From IMG/VR virus record IMGVR_UViG_3300043080_000080: a stretch of DNA of 20,000 bases; one strand, given 5' to 3'. The DNA is from an uncultured virus (IMG/VR IMGVR_UViG_3300043080_000080). Lineage: Duplodnaviria; Heunggongvirae; Uroviricota; Caudoviricetes. Shown here piece by piece: positions 15,948 through 20,000 of this stretch; the stretch's first letter is position 1, and every line of letters begins with the position of its first letter. A program made the position numbers and the translations under genes. A model generated the notes under the pieces. That model was given only the letters and a program-made list of their open reading frames with translations, was not told the origin of the DNA and made no database searches.

Positions 15948-16784
15948 TCACTCCCTATGCGTAACATTCTTTACCATCGTATTTCTATTTGTAGTACAAA
16001 TATAAATATCTACATACCCTTTATCGTAATTGCCAGTTAGCTTAACGGTACCGATAATATAATTGTACTTGTAGTAATGCTCCCATATGAAGTTATTGAT
16101 TTCATCTATAGAAGCATTATACATACCATCTTGGATTATTAGAGATTTATCTCCGGCATGTATAATAATATGCCCATTATATGCCTCGAAGTTTTCTCTA
16201 ACAATACGTTCTATGAACTCTATCATAGATTCCTCGTTGCCATTCATTAGCTCTTTTAAAATCACTATAACATGGTCAACATATTTTCTTCTATGATATT
16301 CAGCATGATACTTTGGAATTAAGTCTCCCATGATTCCACTCATTGGGCGAACACCAACACCAAAGTTGTCATAAATCTCTTGAGCATGATTAGCAATATA
16401 CGTCATTGTCTGAAGTTCCGTTGCTCGCTCAATTTCTGTTTTATATTGATCATCCATAACCATTTTAGGATAATCAATAATCTGATCAACATGATATAGC
16501 TCATGAATTATTGTTTCTATGATCATACACATTAATTCATTTTGCTTAATACGCATATCGTCAAAATGTGATTTAACATATCGTAGTATCACTCTTGGGT
16601 ACAGATACACTACGTTAGGATTTACTGACGCTCCAGCGATAGTAGACCCTTGAAGCTCTGCCCATTCTATCTGCAATACTGCAGGATAGTTTATTTTGTT
16701 TATTTTTCCATTATAATAATTAAATACTCCATAACAGAATTCATTTAAATCTGTTATTGCAGTATTCAAGCTATCCAAGTTCAT
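15948..16784 (-). CDS. Putative zincin (HEXXH) metallopeptidase-like protein (~278 aa)
   Basis: Likely start at ATG 16784 after AAGGTGGGTGA, which removes the overlap with the + strand gene. Motif ETIIHELYHVDQ (HELYH at 16491-16505) with a downstream candidate third ligand in IERATE. Confidence 0.65.
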   Translation of the reverse strand: MNLDSLNTAITDLNEFCYGVFNYYNGKINKINYPAVLQIEWAELQGSTIAGASVNPNVVYLYPRVILRYVKSHFDDMRIKQNELMCMIIETIIHELYHVDQIIDYPKMVMDDQYKTEIERATELQTMTYIANHAQEIYDNFGVGVRPMSGIMGDLIPKYHAEYHRRKYVDHVIVILKELMNGNEESMIEFIERIVRENFEAYNGHIIIHAGDKSLIIQDGMYNASIDEINNFIWEHYYKYNYIIGTVKLTGNYDKGYVDIYICTTNRNTMVKNVTHRE

Positions 16785-16800
16785 TGGAATCACCCACCTT

Positions 16801-16820
16801 TCAAAATTATAATATACAAT
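16801..16820 (-). promoter_or_regulatory. Early-type promoter-like motif ATYGTATATTATA-N4-TGA
   Basis: Minus strand ATTGTATATTATAatttTGA directly before the RBS of the HEXXH gene. Confidence 0.7.
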
Positions 16821-16838
16821 CGTATTTCGTTTTGGCTG

Positions 16839-16850
16839 AACAAATAGATA
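16839..16850 (+). promoter_or_regulatory. Late promoter-like motif
   Basis: AACA-aataga-TA(A) directly before RBS GGAGGTGA. Confidence 0.7.
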
Positions 16851-16869
16851 AAACGGAGGTGAGTTTATT

Positions 16870-17649
16870 ATGGCACAACCAATCGTTAGATCTACATCTA
16901 ATGAGATGACTAAGTTGTTAAATAAGATAGAGCGTAGGTTAGGTATGACAGTTATGACCTTACCAGATAACTTAAAGAAAGACAACTGGTGTAAGATTAT
17001 TGAGGAAGATACTCTGCCTACATATAGCAGATACTTCCCTTACAGTATTACTATACTGATTGATAATACTTGTTTTAAAGATGGGTATTACTTTATAGAT
17101 AAAGACCTTCCTGCCGGATCTAAGATAATTGGAGTAAAAGATATAGACTGGCAATTATTTAGCAGAGACAGTAGATATGGAGGATATGGCGTTGGATTTC
17201 CTACATATGACTACTTAGGAAGAGATTATGGTGTTGATGATATAGCTCTAACTCAGGTTACTACAGATATATCATCTCTATTTAATCTTGGAATCTATAT
17301 AGAATTTGAATATCCTAATAAAGTAAGACTAGTATCAATCAATGGGGCTCCTATATCTAGATATCGTCCATTCCCTTTAAAGATCTATCTTGAACATCCA
17401 TCGAACTTAATGACTATTTCTCCAACTATGATGGAGGAGTTCGAGAAGCTTGCTCAGTCCGATATAGCAATATTCTTGTACCAGAATCTTAAGTACTATG
17501 ACAATCAGGATAACGTATATACCCAGCTTGATTTAAAGCTTGAGACTTTACAAGAATGGGCTAATAAGAGAGATGATATTGTTAAAGAGCTAGATGACGC
17601 TCACACTACTACAGCAAATGAATATCAGAGTTTAATTATAACTGTATAA
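16870..17649 (+). CDS. Probable neck/head-completion protein (T4 gp13-like, 259 aa)
   Basis: N-terminal LLNKIERRLG...TLPTYSRYFP resembles the gp13 pattern (I.RRLG...ALE.Y.EY). Similar size, late-type promoter motif and strong RBS. Confidence 0.55.
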   Translation: MAQPIVRSTSNEMTKLLNKIERRLGMTVMTLPDNLKKDNWCKIIEEDTLPTYSRYFPYSITILIDNTCFKDGYYFIDKDLPAGSKIIGVKDIDWQLFSRDSRYGGYGVGFPTYDYLGRDYGVDDIALTQVTTDISSLFNLGIYIEFEYPNKVRLVSINGAPISRYRPFPLKIYLEHPSNLMTISPTMMEEFEKLAQSDIAIFLYQNLKYYDNQDNVYTQLDLKLETLQEWANKRDDIVKELDDAHTTTANEYQSLIITV

Positions 17650-17655
17650 AAAATA

Positions 17656-17682
17656 AAGAGGGCGGGAATCATCCGCCCTCTT
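17656..17682. terminator. Terminator between convergent genes
   Basis: 10-bp stem AAGAGGGCGG/CCGCCCTCTT overlapping the stop of the minus-strand gene, with a U-tract on the minus strand. Confidence 0.8.
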
Positions 17683-18406
17683 CATTATTACACTTTGCAT
17701 TTACTCTATCTAAGAAGCTACCCTGTGCCATGACAGGTTTATTATTATTTGATTGAAATTGAGTATTAATATCAAAATAATTAGTGCCATTCTCTGGTCT
17801 TCCTAGATAGTTTATAAGTGTTATTGCTGATTGGTAAATATTGAAATTGCTGATAAAGTAGTTAAAGCTTAATAGTCTATTTACATCTATAAATGTATTT
17901 ACTCCATCAGAGTTTAAATACATCATTACCCCTATAGATTGATCTACCATAGATGTATTCATTACCCATGGTTCAAATTCTATATACTGTCCATACTTAA
18001 CAAATACTTTGATTGGATTTGGTTTAGAAATCATAAATATTTTTCCATCTTTCTTAGCAAACAGATTCTTATATTCGCTAGATGTAAACCATTTAACAAC
18101 CTCTTGAAGCCTATACTGAAAGAAATATATTTCGTCCATTCCTATCCTAAGACTTACTTTACCAAAGTCAGATCTCTTTACAGAATCAATAGACAGATAC
18201 GCTGATATATCCCTATTGATATTTACACGATATTCTCCATTGGTCGCATAACCAATTTCTTTATGATAATTCGTAGTGCTATTATATTTAGACGATCTAC
18301 GATTCAGCTCTACATTAAATTTTACCGCATAATCTTGATTTAACCAAAAGCATGTATCTACAATTTTATCATAATCGTTATGCACGATTGTAACCATCTC
18401 AGTCAT
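17669..18406 (-). CDS. Hypothetical protein (~245 aa)
   Basis: ORF 17669..18415; the likely start is ATG 18406 after GAGGTGG. Beta-rich; no motif recognised. Confidence 0.8.
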   Translation of the reverse strand: MTEMVTIVHNDYDKIVDTCFWLNQDYAVKFNVELNRRSSKYNSTTNYHKEIGYATNGEYRVNINRDISAYLSIDSVKRSDFGKVSLRIGMDEIYFFQYRLQEVVKWFTSSEYKNLFAKKDGKIFMISKPNPIKVFVKYGQYIEFEPWVMNTSMVDQSIGVMMYLNSDGVNTFIDVNRLLSFNYFISNFNIYQSAITLINYLGRPENGTNYFDINTQFQSNNNKPVMAQGSFLDRVNAKCNNEEGG

Positions 18407-18421
18407 TCCCACCACCTCGTT

Positions 18422-18433
18422 TACTTCTAAGTT
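18422..18433 (-). promoter_or_regulatory. Late promoter-like motif (AACT variant)
   Basis: Minus strand AACT-tagaag-TA(A) directly before the RBS. Confidence 0.5.
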
Positions 18434-18476
18434 CTACGTTCTTTTAAAACAAAAAATACAGAGTTATAAATCGATA

Positions 18477-18503
18477 TGGGTGGAGGTAATATACCTCCAC
18501 CCA
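18477..18503 (-). terminator. Stem-loop after the large low-complexity gene
   Basis: 12-bp stem TGGGTGGAGGTA/TACCTCCACCCA, 7 nt after the stop at 18511. Confidence 0.75.
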
Positions 18504-18510
18504 ATATGAT

Positions 18511-20000
18511 TTACTTATTGTCTTCTACCGTCTCGACTTCCTCCTGCTTGAAATCCACATCTCCCTGGCCGGAAGACTTTTCTTTTACTGCTCCTTTCTT
18601 AGACTTAACAGTGTACACCTTGAGAGGATTGTACATCTGCTGCTTGGATTCATCCCACTGAGGAGTCATGGAATACTTGATGACGATCTTTGCTCTGCAG
18701 CCATCGATGTCTGCACAGGGGCATTCCATAACGATATCATAGATACCGTTATCAGTATCGTCATGATACTTGCTGGGCTCTACCTCATACAGATGAGGAT
18801 TGTTTGCTTTGGCCTTGCTCTTGTATTTCTTCAGCATGGGCTTAAGCACGTTATCCTTGATAAGGGAGTACAGACTATCGAGCTGCTCATAGGTTACGGC
18901 GTTCTCTCCGCAGTGCTTACCATCGATGAACTCGATATGCTTACGCACATAGTCAGCCTTCTTGTTCATAAGAGCATCAAGCTCTTTCTTGGTAAGCTCA
19001 TGCTTCTCCTCTACAGGAGTAGGAACTTCTGTTACCACAGGAGCCTCAACTACAGGGGCTGCAGTATGGCAGCTGCAGTTGGGATCTGCGCATCCATTCA
19101 TGCGGTTATTAGCATCCATAATGATGTCCCACATGTGTCTAGCACCTTCAATACCATAGAACCCATTCTGGTCCGCAGGCATGTTAGGAACTACAGGATT
19201 TGCAGGCTGGGGAGGAACATTGGGCATGTTAGGAGCTACGAACTGCTGCTGAGACTGCTGAACCTGAGGCTGAGCAAATGGATGGACGAACTGCTGGGGC
19301 TGGTCTTCTTTAACGAAGTTGTTGATGTTGAAACCATTGACATCTTTTGCTACCTTGATAGGCTCATGAACTGTCGCAGATGCGTTGAACTGGTCGACAA
19401 TTCTATTAGCCTGCGCTGTCGGCATCACAGGAGCTTTGGTTTCTTTTGTGATGGCGGTATCTTTGGTATTGCTGTTGATGATGGACAGGATCTCTTCCTT
19501 GATATTGTTAATATCATCGGCAAGAGCATCGACATTCTTTGCGAAGTTCGGATCTTCTGCATCAATGCCGTAATCGGTAAACGTCTTTTCAAGATACTCG
19601 CCTAAGGCTTTATCCAATTTGGGGTTGCTGCATTCTCCCTCTTCGTTAAAGTGCACGCCGTGATCAATCAGAAACTGTCCAAAGATGTTGGTAAGTTCAT
19701 ACAGCTTTGCTGCGGCATTGGCAAGATTGGCGGCATCAGCTAACATAGCAAATGGATTAGAAGCAACGTTCTTCTCATCCTCTACCAGCTGAACTTCTGC
19801 TGCCTTGGGCTCTTCGGCCTTGGTTTCCTTGGTGGTCTGAGGCTCTGTGTCACCGAAGTGCCCCTCTATGATTTTGCTATCAGTAACATGGTTAGCGTTG
19901 CGCTTTTTGGACTTGCCAGTAGTTGCTGCAGGCTTCTTAACCTCAGGCTGAGCTTCCGCTGCCTTGGGCTCTTCTGCCTTGGTTTCCTTGGTGGTCTTGG
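18511..20000 (-). CDS. Large low-complexity protein with high-expression codon bias, C-terminal part (start lies beyond the window)
   Basis: The frame of ORF 18511..19746 stays open to the window end (at least 495 codons). K/E/A/P and Q/P-rich linkers and a CADPNCSCH motif. Codon bias resembles the capsid gene. Confidence 0.85.
   Translation of the reverse strand, partial: KTTKETKAEEPKAAEAQPEVKKPAATTGKSKKRNANHVTDSKIIEGHFGDTEPQTTKETKAEEPKAAEVQLVEDEKNVASNPFAMLADAANLANAAAKLYELTNIFGQFLIDHGVHFNEEGECSNPKLDKALGEYLEKTFTDYGIDAEDPNFAKNVDALADDINNIKEEILSIINSNTKDTAITKETKAPVMPTAQANRIVDQFNASATVHEPIKVAKDVNGFNINNFVKEDQPQQFVHPFAQPQVQQSQQQFVAPNMPNVPPQPANPVVPNMPADQNGFYGIEGARHMWDIIMDANNRMNGCADPNCSCHTAAPVVEAPVVTEVPTPVEEKHELTKKELDALMNKKADYVRKHIEFIDGKHCGENAVTYEQLDSLYSLIKDNVLKPMLKKYKSKAKANNPHLYEVEPSKYHDDTDNGIYDIVMECPCADIDGCRAKIVIKYSMTPQWDESKQQMYNPLKVYTVKSKKGAVKEKSSGQGDVDFKQEEVETVEDNK
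19789..19997. repeat. 50-bp in-frame direct repeat (19789-19838 and 19948-19997)
   Basis: 47/50 identical, 159 bp apart; encodes TTKETKAEEPKAAE(A/V)Q twice. Confidence 0.9.

Noticed and set aside
16785..16985. 67-codon N-terminal extension of the HEXXH ORF
   Set aside because: It overlaps the divergent neck gene and both promoter motifs. A good RBS supports the start at 16784.
458..18661. Other short ORFs in the track overlapping main genes (e.g. 458-670, 1599-1874, 4113-4373, 7612-7794, 15082-15531, 15560-15907)
   Set aside because: They are nested in or antisense to better-supported CDSs, lack RBSs, or arise from low-complexity sequence.
18763..19605. 280-aa + strand ORF and smaller nested ORFs
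   Set aside because: Antisense shadows of the codon-biased minus-strand gene, with no RBS or promoter motif.
1..20000. Stop-codon reassignment, CRISPR arrays, tRNAs, introns/inteins
   Set aside because: Genes are intact and densely packed under the standard code, with TAA, TAG and TGA all used as stops. No repeat-spacer array, cloverleaf or splicing motifs were seen.

Overview
AT-rich, gene-dense segment of a jumbo phage genome. It uses the standard genetic code and has strong AAGGAGG-type ribosome-binding sites, which suggests a Bacillota host. It is most consistent with the AR9/PBS1/phiKZ-related jumbo phages that encode their own RNA polymerases. A dispersed head module is present: a probable major capsid protein (5021-6889, -), an extremely acidic 322-aa protein, an ~880-aa putative inner-head precursor, a divergently transcribed T4 gp21-type prohead protease (10740-11588, +) and a probable gp13-like neck protein (16870-17649, +). 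Two promoter-like motif classes can be read directly from intergenic DNA: AACW-N6-TAA (7 copies, AR9 late-promoter-like) and ATYGTATATTATA-N4-TGA (3 copies, AR9/phiKZ early-promoter-like). The most unusual elements are three. First, an apparent early operon in which a HEXXH metallopeptidase-like gene heads a tandem array of eight divergent paralogs of an unrecognised family. Second, a segment in the capsid 3' UTR that is complementary to both the SD and the start codon of the next gene. Third, a promoter-driven structured non-coding region (~3925-4090) upstream of a gene that appears to start at ATT. All product calls come from motif recognition by eye; no database search was run.
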